Below, piece after piece: positions 1 to 10,116 of a stretch of DNA of 64,000 nt; positions within the stretch are counted from its first letter, which is position 1, and each line of letters opens with the position of its first letter. This stretch comes from Bradymonadia bacterium (GTDB taxonomy: Bacteria; Myxococcota_A; Bradymonadia; UBA7976; UBA1532). The DNA is taken from the NCBI GenBank assembly GCA_046290225.1, contig JBKAGE010000041.1:1-64000 (forward strand). Reading direction: 5' to 3'. The position numbers were made by a program, and so were the translations under genes. The notes beneath the pieces were generated by a model, which had not been told where the DNA came from, searched no databases, and was given only the letters and a program-made list of their open reading frames with translations.

Positions 1-80
1 CGGGTATTCGCTGTACTGGGTACGGGTGGTGTTCTCAGATGCCTCGCATCAAGATCCAAAGCGACAATCCAATTGGTACA

Positions 81-342
81 GGGCACGGGCACGAGTTGAT
101 TCATCTGTGGACCCGTGGCCCGGCATGGCTCAGGGCGAAGGCTGAGATTGAAGCTGAGATGATGTGTTGTTGAATGGCCTGAGAGTTCAGGTCTTGGGGT
201 GTATGGAGGTCAAAACCTCCAATGAGAGACACATGGGGCTGAGTAGAGCTTCCACCATCACACACCCACGAGCAGAGTCATGCTGGGCCACGGGTCCACA
301 CCCGAATCAACTCGTGCCCGTGCCCGTGCCCGTGCCCGAAAA
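81..342. repeat. MITE/REP-like element with ~51-bp terminal inverted repeats ending in (GGGCAC)n arrays
   Basis: 81-131 GGGCACGGGCACGAGTTGATTCatcTGTGGACCCGTGGCCCgGCATGgCTC is the reverse complement, with few mismatches, of 275-325; the right arm has 4 GTGCCC units. Confidence 0.7.
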
Positions 343-353
343 CTGATCTGCGG

Positions 354-2425
354 ATGAACAACCGCCCAGAAGAGGCGATCGGGATCATCACCGCCCTGAG
401 CCCCTTGAGTCGGGTCACCCGCGACGCGGCCCGGGCGCTGGCCATGGCTCAGATGGACATGGGCAGACTCGAGGCTGCAGAGCAGATTCTCGAGCGGCTG
501 CTCTCAACGCGTTTGCTGGCTTACGAGACCACCGGTCAGGCCCTCGACGCCCGCGCCACAGAGGTGCAAGATAAGGCTGTGCGCGACGCTCGGGCCGGGC
601 GGCTGCCCCTCGACCTCGAGATGAGGATGACGGGGCCAACGAAGAGCAGCAGATAAAAATCTTCTCTGAGTGGCTCGTGACGCATATCGGGCAAGACGTC
701 GAAGTCGTACGCCTCAGAGCGGCCTACGTGGCCCTTGGTGACGTCGTGCCCACGGCATTGTCGCTGGGCATGCTCAAGATGAGGCGGGCCGCCACGGTGA
801 GTGGTGAGGAGAAGCAGCGCCTGCTCGTCGCCGCTGAGAAACTCTTCCTGGCGATCCAGGCCGAGGGCCAGGGCACCGCGGCCTACCACTTGGGCCTCGG
901 TCAGGTGTACCACCAGATGGGCAAGGTCGAAGAGGGCGAGCGCGAGCTGAAGGTGCTCCTCGATCGTAAGGATCCCGAGACCACCCTGGCCGTGGCGCGG
1001 GTGTATCGCTCATTGGGCATGGAGGAGCGGGCTCAGGCAGAGGCTGGCCCCATCGCCGAGTCGAGCACCGAGCCATACAAGAGCAGCGCTGCGGTCATGA
1101 TGTCGCTCATGGCCGCCGACGAAGACGAGCAGCGCAAGTGGCTCTCCAAAGCAGACAAGACCAATGACTATGTGCGCATCTCGCTGGTGGATCTCGACGG
1201 CCGCGAGGCGTTGAAGCAGGGTCACTGGAAGCTCGCCGACACCAAGCTCGCCGAATCGCAGGCGTACTATGCCGCCAACTCCGAGGTGTCCTCTGTGGCA
1301 GCGAACAACGCCGCAATGTCTGCTCTGGCGCGTTATCAGAGCACTGGCGAGGCGAGTCGCCTCGCGGAGGCCCTCGACTATATGAACAAGGCGCGGGCTC
1401 AATCGCCGAGCGATGCCATGATCGTGGGCAACCTCTCGGGCATCGAGGCCACCCGGATCATCCACGATGTGCTGGCTCCCCAGGCCGACCTGGCTGTGTT
1501 GAAGCTGGCCGATGATGAAATGTCGACCGTACTCGAGGCGCTGTTGAAGGGTGATGCCCACGAGAAGCTCGTCGATCAGATGCGTCGACACAGCACGCTG
1601 AGGGGCATGTTTGAGCACTTGCGGGAGGCGCAAATTCTCGCCCCGGCTCGGGTGAGCTTGACGACGGATGAGCTGAGCTGGGCATCACATACCGAAGACG
1701 CTCCGCGGATGGCCGCGATCAAGGCACGACTGGAGCAACAGCCATTGCCCGGTGCGCAGGAGCGCGCACAGGCATGGGTCCTCTGGCTCAGCGGCGGAGA
1801 AGATCAGACCTACAAGAAAGTCCTCACCGAGAAACTCCAGCGGCTGGAGCGCGCTTCGAAGCGTGTGCGCAAAGCCCATGACAAAGCGATCGTGGCGTTT
1901 TTGCAGAGCGACGTGTTGAGCGTTCTGGCGCTCGTCAGCGGGCCTGATGCTCCGAAAGTGCAAAGTCAGGCCATCGCCGCTGTTCGCCAGGCGGTGTCTC
2001 ATTGGCCCGAGGCAGGCTTTGAGTATCCCCTCGCCTGGCGTCTGGTGGAGCAAGCCATCACCGAGGTCGCCGCTCAGAACCCCGACGTGGCCAAAGCCTG
2101 GTCCGAAGAGCAACGCCGCCTGCGCACCGCGGCCTTCGCCCTGAAGCACCTCGACGATGCGGAGATCATGGGGCCGATTCGAGCGCGGCCAGAGCTGAAA
2201 GAAGCGATCAAGGTGCTCGGCGAGCGCATGCTCAAGTCTTCGGCGCCCACAGTGACTGACTGGGTGCTCGCGCGGCTGCTCGAACAGCCTCAGTGGGTCG
2301 CACACGCCGAGCAGGCCCTGAGCAGCCCCGTGCTGGTGGACGCAATCTTCATCGGCGCCCTGGTGTCACCGCACGATCCCCGCGCCCAGCTCTTCAGCGA
2401 GCTGGTTCTGCAGGAGCGACAGTGA
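354..2425 (+). pseudogene. TPR-repeat protein split by a frameshift near 632 (ORFs 354-656 and 677-2425); probably 5'-truncated
   Basis: TPR-like helices (ALAMAQMDMGRLEAAEQIL; YHLGLGQVYHQMGKVEEGE). Adding one G to the G4 run at ~632-635 joins the frames (…MTGANEEQQIKIFSEWLVTHIG). Could be a sequencing indel. Confidence 0.65.
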
Positions 2426-2452
2426 CCAGAGTAGACAGTGACCAGAGCACGA

Positions 2453-4030
2453 TCACAGCGTCTCGGTGGCTTTGATCGGATCCACTGAGGTCCCATTACG
2501 CGTCGAGGGGTGGTGCAGGCTCCACCAACGACGTGCTGCGTCTTTGCTCCAGCGTTCAATCTCGAGGGCGTGCAACGCCTCTGCGAGAGCCGCCGCCGAT
2601 GCTGGTCGATCCTCCGGGCGTTTCTCCAGACACCACATCACAATGCGCTCCAAGGCCTCGGGGATCTCGACGTCGACGATCTCCGAAGGTGGTGTGGGTG
2701 CCTCGTTCACGTGGGCCAGCATCGTGGCCATGACCGAGCGGCCCTCGAAAGGGGACTGCCCTGTGAGCAACCAGTAGGCCACCCCACCCAGAGCGTACAG
2801 ATCCGCTCGGGGGTCGACCTCGTCTCCGGTGACCATCTCGGGGGCGATGTAGGCCGGCGTGCCCGCCACCACACCCTCACGGGTCAAGCGGGCGTCTTCA
2901 GCTTTTTCGGGTGCCTGTCCCAGCGCCACGAGGCCGAAGTCGAGCACCTTCACAAAGTCGTAGTGCAGGCCGTGGTGACACAGGAACAGGTTGGCGGGCT
3001 TGATGTCGCGGTGCACCAGCCCTTCGGTGTGGGCTTCCGAGAGAGAGGCGCAGGCGTGTTGGAGGATGTGTACGACCCGGGCTGCGGAGATGGGCCCGAA
3101 CTGCGTGATCAGCTGGTCGAGGCTGAGGCCGTCGAGGAGCTCCATCACGTAATAGAACGAGCCATCTTCCGAGACGCCGAAGTCGTACAGCTGAATGGTG
3201 TGGGCCGACTTGAGATTCGCCGTAACCTGGGCCTCGCGCTCGAAGCGCTGTAGAGCCAGCGTATAGTGCTCGGCATTGGTCTGAGACTGAGGGGCCTTGA
3301 CGAGCTTGATGGCCGCCTCGCGGCGCAGCATCACGTGGTTGGCTCGATACACCGCCCCCATGCCGCCCTCACCGAGCTTCTCGTCGAGGGTGTATTGCCC
3401 AAGACGGGTCATGTCTCGCACCTGGCGGTGTAGATTGTAGATCACATGAGAGGTTACAGCGGTGATCAGCACGAAGGCACAGCTCATGAAAATGATGCCT
3501 TCGAAGATGTGGTCCTCCATGGTGTTGAGCTGGGGCCAGAGTCCTGCGAGCAGGCTGGCCGCGCAGGCCAGACTGATGGCCACCGTGCGCAAGGTAGGGC
3601 TCGGCACCAGAGCCGCGCGCATCGTGATGAGCATGATCATGCCGATGAGAGAGAGGGCCGGTGCGACCTGCGGGTTCTCAGCGGTGTAGGCCGTGCTCAG
3701 TAAGATGTACGTGAGGTTGAGCCACAGCGTGACCCCACCCTCGATGAGCACTACGGCGAGGCGCCCTGGTTGGCGAAAGCGTGTGATGAGCCACGTGACC
3801 AGCAGCGAGCTCGTCGCCGACCACCTGATCACGTGTGTGCTCAACGAGACGTCGGGGTAGACCCCACCAAACAGCGCCCCGACCAGGTCACCCAGGCGGG
3901 AGAACAGCTCGAGGACCAGGAGCACTTGGATATAGAGCCGTACCCGGTCGCGCAGGTGGTCGAGTCCCTCGGGGTTGGTGCTGTGGGCGGAGCGGGTCGG
4001 GGTGGGCAGGTTGAGGTGCACGGTCTTCAT
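2453..4030 (-). CDS. Membrane-anchored Hanks-type Ser/Thr protein kinase
   Basis: Several N-terminal hydrophobic helices; GEGGMGAVY, AAIK, HRDIKPAN, DFG and APE motifs. Confidence 0.93.
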   Translation of the reverse strand: MKTVHLNLPTPTRSAHSTNPEGLDHLRDRVRLYIQVLLVLELFSRLGDLVGALFGGVYPDVSLSTHVIRWSATSSLLVTWLITRFRQPGRLAVVLIEGGVTLWLNLTYILLSTAYTAENPQVAPALSLIGMIMLITMRAALVPSPTLRTVAISLACAASLLAGLWPQLNTMEDHIFEGIIFMSCAFVLITAVTSHVIYNLHRQVRDMTRLGQYTLDEKLGEGGMGAVYRANHVMLRREAAIKLVKAPQSQTNAEHYTLALQRFEREAQVTANLKSAHTIQLYDFGVSEDGSFYYVMELLDGLSLDQLITQFGPISAARVVHILQHACASLSEAHTEGLVHRDIKPANLFLCHHGLHYDFVKVLDFGLVALGQAPEKAEDARLTREGVVAGTPAYIAPEMVTGDEVDPRADLYALGGVAYWLLTGQSPFEGRSVMATMLAHVNEAPTPPSEIVDVEIPEALERIVMWCLEKRPEDRPASAAALAEALHALEIERWSKDAARRWWSLHHPSTRNGTSVDPIKATETL

Positions 4031-4087
4031 GGCCGGCAAGCTATCACAAGGGGACAGGTGGCTGTATCAGCAGCCCCGGCAGGCGCT

Positions 4088-6835
4088 TCAGCGGGCAGGC
4101 TCGGGCTCTTCGTAGAGCGCGGTGATCTCATCGGGGCTCAGGGCGCGGTCGTAGACCCGCACGTCGTCCATGCGACCGGGGAACCCGCTGAACTCATCTG
4201 GGGTGCTGCTGCTGCACTGGCTGCCGTCAGGGAAGGCCCCTGCGTAGATGCGGCAGCCATTGTCGAGGATGGCGCCGGGCTGCGTGTCGCTGCCCACGGC
4301 GTTGCCGTTGCGGTACAGCGTCAGCTCGACATCACCACCCACCTCGCGGGCGACGCCGGCGTAGTGCACCCACTCGTCATCGCTGTGACGGCCGTTGTCG
4401 CGGGCCTCGAAGCCATCGGGGTGCAGGCCGTCGAGGCGGCCGAAGGCCACACGGTCGCTCGAGGCGAAGTAGAGGTTGAAGCCGTTGCCCTTGCCCAGAA
4501 TCCGCTCCCCGTTGCCGTTGGAGTTGGCGTGGATCCAGACCGAGAAGGTGAAGGCGTTGCCGAGATCGATGTCGGCCACCGACACCAGACCCAGCTGACC
4601 GGCGTTGTTGCCGTTGAGCAGATCACCGGCCTGCTCCCCTCGGCCGAAGCGGTCCGTGGCGAAGCCGGGGTTCTCGTAGTCACCGTCGTTGCCATTGTTG
4701 CTGGCGTCATAGATGTAGCCGTTCTCCACCGAGGCTGAGTCGAAGTCGTAGTGCAGCACCAGGCCGTCCACAGCGACGCCGGAGTGGAAGCTGATGGTGC
4801 TCGGCGCCGACTCGAGATCACCGTCCCAGGCGATGACCTCGGCGGTGAAGGTGCCCGAGCGGTCGTAGCGGTGGTTCAGGGTGGCCATGGTCTGGTCTTG
4901 CTCCAGGGCCACCATCTCCAGGGGGCTGCCATCGCCCCAGTCCACCGTGAACGACTCGACCCAGTCACCGCTCTCGGCGTTCTCGTCGGCCACCGTCACC
5001 GTCAGGTGGGTGGTGAAGCCTTCGAGCTCTACTTGCAGGTCGGTCACCTCAGGGGCCACGTTTACGATGGCTTCGGTGGGGTCCGTGCCCAGCTGGTACT
5101 CCTCATAGTCGTCCACGCCGTCGTGATCGGTGTCGGTGCGCAAGGGGTTGGGGAACACGCGGCGCTCGTCGCCGGTCTCGGCGTCGGTGATGGTCCAGCC
5201 CCAGGCCTCGAGGGCGTCGCCGGCACCGTCACCGTCGGTGTCGGCGTTCTCAGGATCAGTGCCGTAGAGGAACTCGGCCCGCTCGCCGAGGCCATCGCGA
5301 TCTGCGTCGCTGATGCGCACGAGGTGCAGAATATGGCCGGACTTGAGGGTGAGCGCGTCGAAGTCGAAGCCCTCGAGGATGGGGTTGTAGTAGTCGGTTT
5401 GGGTGTCGGCGCCGCCGTCGATAGGGTAGGTGTGGGCCACGAGCCAGTAAGCGCTCTCCTCATCGCTCATCTCGATGCCGCGCACACCCGTCACGCCCTG
5501 GAAGCTCTCCCCGGGGGTGGCCTCGGCGCCGAAACGCCATGGGCTGGTGCCGGTGGTGTAGGGCACCCGCAAGATGTCGGTGAACACCTGCTGCGCCGTC
5601 ACCCCCTGACGATCGTCGCCAAGGACCGTAGCCACACGGTAGCTCTCCTGCTTGCGGGCGTCGCCGAAGTCGATGATGACCTGGGCGGTGCGGGCGTTGA
5701 TGTTGGTGGCTTCGAGTTCGAAGGAGCGCCCGTCCTGGTCGAGCACCACGCCGGTGGCGGGGGCGACCACCATGTTCCGGGAGTCGGCGAGCACATCCTT
5801 GATGGTGGGCAGGTCGACATCGGCGGCGAAGTTCAGGGGCGCCGTGGCGTCGCCCGGCAGCACCACCGTCCGGGGGAAGATGTCGAGGCCGTCGTTGTAG
5901 AAGAGGTTGCCGATCGACCCGAGCTCGAGGGGGTTGCTGGGGTCGAGGTTGTAGGCCGAGAGGCTCAAGTCTTCGAGCATGAAGGCCAGATGACCGGTGT
6001 TGCGGACCACGACGGTGGTGACCACGGCCCCGCCGGTGATTTCGACCGACTCGCTCTGCTCCCGCTCCTCGATGCGGGCGAGGGCCTCGGAGTTCTCGCG
6101 GCTCTGGTCCTGGTTCCAGTTGGTGCTGGTCTCGTTGGTGGTCGAATGGCTGAACTCGTAGCTCAGGCTGGCGCTGGCGCTCACCCCACCGAAGAGGCCG
6201 ATCTCCACCTCGGTGCTCACCTCGACACCGGCGGTGTGGGTCATTTCGACCGAGTGGGACTGGCTGCCGCCCCAACTGCGGGTGGTGCCTTCGGTGATGC
6301 TCTGCTCGTGCTCGGTGCCTACAGTGCGGCCGGTCTGGTTCCCCTCGGAGTACACCATGTAGAACTGCGGCGTGCTCGTGAGCTCGATCTCGTACTGGGG
6401 CACGTCGGCGATGAGCGGGTTGAACTGGAAGTTGTTGTTCTCGGCGTCGAAGGCTTTTTCGACCACCTCGTTGTAGTCGTCGAAGCCGTCACCATCAGTG
6501 TCGGCCACGAAGGGGTTGGTGCCGTAGCGCTCGAGCTCTTCGACGTCGGTGAGGCCGTCTTCGTCGGTGTCGAGTGTGGGGTCGATGGGCTCCACAGCCC
6601 CACCAGCGCCACCCATGGCTTCACCACCGGCGCCGCCCATGGCTTCACCGCCGGCGCCTGCCACGGCGCCTCCGCTGCCCCCCGGATCTCCCCCTGAGCC
6701 AGCTGCACCACCAGCACCACCGATGGTGCCCCCGGTGTTGTCGGCGGGGGCGGAGGTCGTGTCGTCGCCACAGGCGCTCAGGCCCATGGTCATGGCGATG
6801 CCAGCGAGCAGGGTGCGGGAAGCCTTGGTGTTCAT
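4088..6835 (-). CDS. Lipoprotein with anthrax PA/binary toxin B-like pore-forming core, Ca-binding DxDxDG repeats, PKD and LamG domains (copy 1)
   Basis: Lipobox LSAC, Gly-rich linker, DTDGDG repeats; NPLIADVP, Ser/Thr-rich hairpin, VRNTG and INARTAQVII match PA motifs; VDWGDG (PKD); FTFSVWI…WVHYAG…MDDVRVYDRALS (LamG). Confidence 0.8.
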   Translation of the reverse strand: MNTKASRTLLAGIAMTMGLSACGDDTTSAPADNTGGTIGGAGGAAGSGGDPGGSGGAVAGAGGEAMGGAGGEAMGGAGGAVEPIDPTLDTDEDGLTDVEELERYGTNPFVADTDGDGFDDYNEVVEKAFDAENNNFQFNPLIADVPQYEIELTSTPQFYMVYSEGNQTGRTVGTEHEQSITEGTTRSWGGSQSHSVEMTHTAGVEVSTEVEIGLFGGVSASASLSYEFSHSTTNETSTNWNQDQSRENSEALARIEEREQSESVEITGGAVVTTVVVRNTGHLAFMLEDLSLSAYNLDPSNPLELGSIGNLFYNDGLDIFPRTVVLPGDATAPLNFAADVDLPTIKDVLADSRNMVVAPATGVVLDQDGRSFELEATNINARTAQVIIDFGDARKQESYRVATVLGDDRQGVTAQQVFTDILRVPYTTGTSPWRFGAEATPGESFQGVTGVRGIEMSDEESAYWLVAHTYPIDGGADTQTDYYNPILEGFDFDALTLKSGHILHLVRISDADRDGLGERAEFLYGTDPENADTDGDGAGDALEAWGWTITDAETGDERRVFPNPLRTDTDHDGVDDYEEYQLGTDPTEAIVNVAPEVTDLQVELEGFTTHLTVTVADENAESGDWVESFTVDWGDGSPLEMVALEQDQTMATLNHRYDRSGTFTAEVIAWDGDLESAPSTISFHSGVAVDGLVLHYDFDSASVENGYIYDASNNGNDGDYENPGFATDRFGRGEQAGDLLNGNNAGQLGLVSVADIDLGNAFTFSVWIHANSNGNGERILGKGNGFNLYFASSDRVAFGRLDGLHPDGFEARDNGRHSDDEWVHYAGVAREVGGDVELTLYRNGNAVGSDTQPGAILDNGCRIYAGAFPDGSQCSSSTPDEFSGFPGRMDDVRVYDRALSPDEITALYEEPEPAR

Positions 6836-6916
6836 ATATTCCTTTTTGAATGTTTTGATGCGGAGAATGCGTTTCGCCAGCGCATTTAAAGTGAGCTGGC
6901 AGACGGCCGAGCAGTT

Positions 6917-6933
6917 AGCGAAGGCCATGCCAA
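6917..6933 (-). promoter_or_regulatory. Putative sigma54 -24/-12 promoter
   Basis: Minus strand TTGGCATGGCCTTCGCT = GG-N10-GC; an equivalent site lies upstream of the paralog. Confidence 0.65.
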
Positions 6934-7054
6934 CAACGCTGGTGCATATGTGGCGTGTTTCTATGGGGTTTTGAGGGGGCGTGCGGTGAAGCGTGTCACT
7001 GACACGTGGCTGATCGATGTGCCAGTTGTGCCAGCTGTGTCACTTCAGAAAAGA

Positions 7055-8776
7055 TCAGCTCGAGGGTGATCTCGGGGGCGCGAAGTGCTCGGCGAGCATG
7101 TCTTGCAGATCTTTGAATCGCACAGGTTTAGGCAGGAATCCGTTCATGCCGGCGTCAAGGCATGCTTGATGATCTGAAGCGAGGGCCGAGGCGGTCATGG
7201 CGATGATGACAGGTTGCCGCTCGGGATCAGCGATGCGGCGGATGGCGCGACACGCCGTGAAGCCGTCCATCACCGGCATCTGGCAATCCATCAGAATCAC
7301 CGCATAGGGGTGGCGTGTATAGGCCTGCAGGGCTTCCTTGCCGTTGGTGGCGAGGTCGAAGTCATAGTGGGCCCGGCGGAGCATGGCGCTGGCCACCTTC
7401 TGGTTCACCGGGTTGTCTTCCACCAGGAGCACACGCCCCTTGGGGCCGGTCATGGGTGTCGGAGAGATCGTCGAACTCATCACCATCCGCCTGGCGCCCT
7501 TGAGCTCCGACAATGTGCGGACGAGGGCCTGGCGGCGAATGGGGCGAGAGATGATGTGGGCCTGCCGGTTGATGTGCTCAGGGGCCTGGTGTGGGGCCAG
7601 AGGCTTGATGAACGCCACCCGGCTGGACTCTTCAGCGAGCAGGCCATGCAGCTGCGCCGGTGAGAGCATGGCGAAGTCGGCCAGGGCGAGGAGCGCGGGA
7701 TCTTCGTGCAGTCGGGGCAACAGCTCCTCGGGTGCGCACAGCACGCTATGTCGACCCTGGAGTTCGAGCTGGTTGATGAGCGTGTCCTGGTCCGGCGCGT
7801 CGGGCGGCAAACACAGCAAGACACTCTGAGCACACCTCGACGGCGTCTCCCGGTACTCAAGGGTGGGGATAGGCAGCCGGGCGGCGAAGGTCGAGCCGCG
7901 ACCTGGGGTAGAGGTCACGGTGAGCTCGCCACCCATCAGCTCCACGAGATGCCGGGTGATGCTCAGCCCGAGGCCCGTGCCTCCGAAACGCCGGGTGGTC
8001 GAGGCGTCGGCCTGCACAAACGGTTCGAACAGGCGGGCGATTTGCTCTTTCGAGATGCCGATGCCCGTATCGCTCACCATCAGCACGAGATCCTCGCCTT
8101 GAGGGTGCAGCGACACCTTCACCTCACCAGAGGGGGTGAACTTGACCGCGTTATTGATGAGGTTGGCCACGATTTGCCGAAAGCGCACCAGATCGCCTTC
8201 GACGCTCTGGGGCGTCTTCGGGCTGACGTCGGTGAACAGGTTCAGGCCTTTTTTGTGGGCGTTGGTGGCGAGGCCGCCACACACTTGATCCACCGCGTCC
8301 CAAGGGTCGAAGGGGGTAGACTCCAGCAACAGCAATTCAGCCTCGATCTTCGAGAGATCGAGAATGTCGTTGAGGATGCTGAGCAATGACTCCGCAGAGG
8401 TGTGGGCGGTCTCGACGAGATCTCTCTGGTGATGGCTGAGGCTCGTCTCCAATGCCAGCTCGAGCAGGCCCAACACGCCGTTCATCGGGGTGCGGATCTC
8501 GTGGCTCATGTTCGCCAGAAATGCGCTCTTCGAAGCGTTGGCGATGTCGGCGGCGGCGACGGCATCTCTCAGCGCCTCTTCCACCCGCGCGCGCTCGCTG
8601 TTCTCGTGGGCGAGGTTCTCGTGGGCCCGCATCAAGATCAGTTGAGCGCGCTCTGCCGTCGTCTCGTAGTGCTCTGCGGTCTCCCTGAGTCGAGAGATGT
8701 CCCGTGTGAGGCGTTTGTTCTCACGACGGAGCATCTTGAGCTCTGCCTGCATCTCTATGAGATCGTCATCGGCCAT
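7055..8776 (-). CDS. Cytoplasmic hybrid histidine kinase/response regulator
   Basis: Coiled-coil N-terminus, [16 protein letters not shown]-box, [21 protein letters not shown], degenerate receiver-like segment, C-terminal receiver (LLVEDN…LMDCQMP…KP). Confidence 0.93.
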   Translation of the reverse strand: MADDDLIEMQAELKMLRRENKRLTRDISRLRETAEHYETTAERAQLILMRAHENLAHENSERARVEEALRDAVAAADIANASKSAFLANMSHEIRTPMNGVLGLLELALETSLSHHQRDLVETAHTSAESLLSILNDILDLSKIEAELLLLESTPFDPWDAVDQVCGGLATNAHKKGLNLFTDVSPKTPQSVEGDLVRFRQIVANLINNAVKFTPSGEVKVSLHPQGEDLVLMVSDTGIGISKEQIARLFEPFVQADASTTRRFGGTGLGLSITRHLVELMGGELTVTSTPGRGSTFAARLPIPTLEYRETPSRCAQSVLLCLPPDAPDQDTLINQLELQGRHSVLCAPEELLPRLHEDPALLALADFAMLSPAQLHGLLAEESSRVAFIKPLAPHQAPEHINRQAHIISRPIRRQALVRTLSELKGARRMVMSSTISPTPMTGPKGRVLLVEDNPVNQKVASAMLRRAHYDFDLATNGKEALQAYTRHPYAVILMDCQMPVMDGFTACRAIRRIADPERQPVIIAMTASALASDHQACLDAGMNGFLPKPVRFKDLQDMLAEHFAPPRSPSS

Positions 8777-8778
8777 GT

Positions 8779-9987
8779 TTACGGCGATCCCAGGGCGAGG
8801 ACGACGCAGGTCTCGTTGTGAAACCATGGCTGGCTCGAGTGAAGGGCGGTGTGCGCCGAAGTCAGGGTGGAGACCGGCGCGATCTCACCATAGCTGTAGA
8901 ACCCCGCCGTGGTCAGCTGGCTGGCCTCAGCGGAGGCTTTGAGCGCTCGGGCCTCTTGAGAGATGCGAGAGCCCAGGATCCATTTGCGGGCAGCACACGA
9001 GATGGTGAAGAGCCCGGCAGGCGTGCCCGAGAGACCTTCGAGGGCAGAGTCGATCGCCGAGCGCGCCGCCCGGATCATGCTCTCGGTGTCTACAGAGGTG
9101 GTGCACACGTGGGTACCCTCAGGGATGGTTGCGGTACATCTGAGGCTGTTGCTTTCTATGTCGAGGCTCAGAATCGCCCTCAAATAGAAATTGTCGCTCT
9201 TGGCGTCGGGGAACACGGCGAGCGGGAACTCCACCAGAGAGTGTTGGGCCACCTCTTCGACGCTCAGGCCCACCGCCTCAGCGAAGACCTCGGCGGCGGG
9301 GCGGTGATTGAGGGTGCGGATGACGCTGCCTTCGACGTGGGTCACCTCGAGGGGTACCCCCAGCGGCACCCACCCTGAACCCACGCCGATCGAAGCGGTC
9401 AGTTCGCCTCTGAGCAGGAGCACAGGGATGGCGTCGCGGAGAGCCTTGCCATTGCAATACTGCCAGCTGTCGCTCTGTACGAACCGCTGTTTTCGCTCGC
9501 CGGTGGTGCCCCCGATGACCAGGGTGTCTGGTGTGAGGCAGCCGGAGAGCGTCTCCACAGGTACGGTGAGATCCCCGGCGTTGCCGTCAGGGGTGGTGAT
9601 GCACAGACTTGGAGGCCCGGAGAGTCCCTCGAGCGCCTGACGTACAGCAGCTTGGGTCGCAGCCTCTGGGGCATCACTCAGCGCCAGCCCATATCCCGCA
9701 GAGAACTCGATGTCGTCGCTCACGAAGAGAGTGAGCAGGATGGCGTCAGGCATGGCCTCGCCGAGGGCGTTGAAGCACCCATCGGTGCTGCCGCCGATGA
9801 TGGCTGTGTCAGGAAACTGGCCAGAGACACGCTCGATCACTCGTTGGTGGTCGTGATCTGAGGTGGTGAACAGGAGCGCAGCCGCAGGGGAGCGACCGTC
9901 GAGCGCCGACTCGGCTTGCTCGAGCAGGGCGTCGAGGGTGGGCTCAGTGTCGACCTCGTCAGCATGGAGATGAATGATGTCGAGCAT
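8779..9987 (-). CDS. FIST signal-transduction protein
   Basis: [40 protein letters not shown] and FHNET are typical FIST_N/FIST_C motifs; stop is 2 nt from the kinase start. Confidence 0.88.
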   Translation of the reverse strand: MLDIIHLHADEVDTEPTLDALLEQAESALDGRSPAAALLFTTSDHDHQRVIERVSGQFPDTAIIGGSTDGCFNALGEAMPDAILLTLFVSDDIEFSAGYGLALSDAPEAATQAAVRQALEGLSGPPSLCITTPDGNAGDLTVPVETLSGCLTPDTLVIGGTTGERKQRFVQSDSWQYCNGKALRDAIPVLLLRGELTASIGVGSGWVPLGVPLEVTHVEGSVIRTLNHRPAAEVFAEAVGLSVEEVAQHSLVEFPLAVFPDAKSDNFYLRAILSLDIESNSLRCTATIPEGTHVCTTSVDTESMIRAARSAIDSALEGLSGTPAGLFTISCAARKWILGSRISQEARALKASAEASQLTTAGFYSYGEIAPVSTLTSAHTALHSSQPWFHNETCVVLALGSP

Positions 9988-10077
9988 GGCCGCCTCAAGC
10001 TTGAAGGTGTGGCATTCAAAACGGCATCTAAATGTGTCGTTTTGAGGCACAGGGTCTATGGGGTGGGTCCCTGACCC

Positions 10078-10101
10078 CAGGCGTTCTGATCAGAACGCCT
10101 G
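10078..10101. terminator. Perfect 24-bp palindrome just downstream of the giant gene (hairpin or operator)
   Basis: CAGGCGTTCTGA|TCAGAACGCCTG; no clear U-tract. Confidence 0.35.
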
Positions 10102-10116
10102 CTCACGGCCTTCATT

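Noticed and set aside
628..660. Programmed frameshift in the TPR gene
   Set aside because: No clear slippery heptamer or stimulatory structure; a single-G loss in a homopolymer is more simply a mutation or sequencing error
6836..6928. Extended N-terminus of the 946-aa ORF call
   Set aside because: The paralog alignment, the AAGGA RBS and the overlapping sigma54 site support the start at 6835
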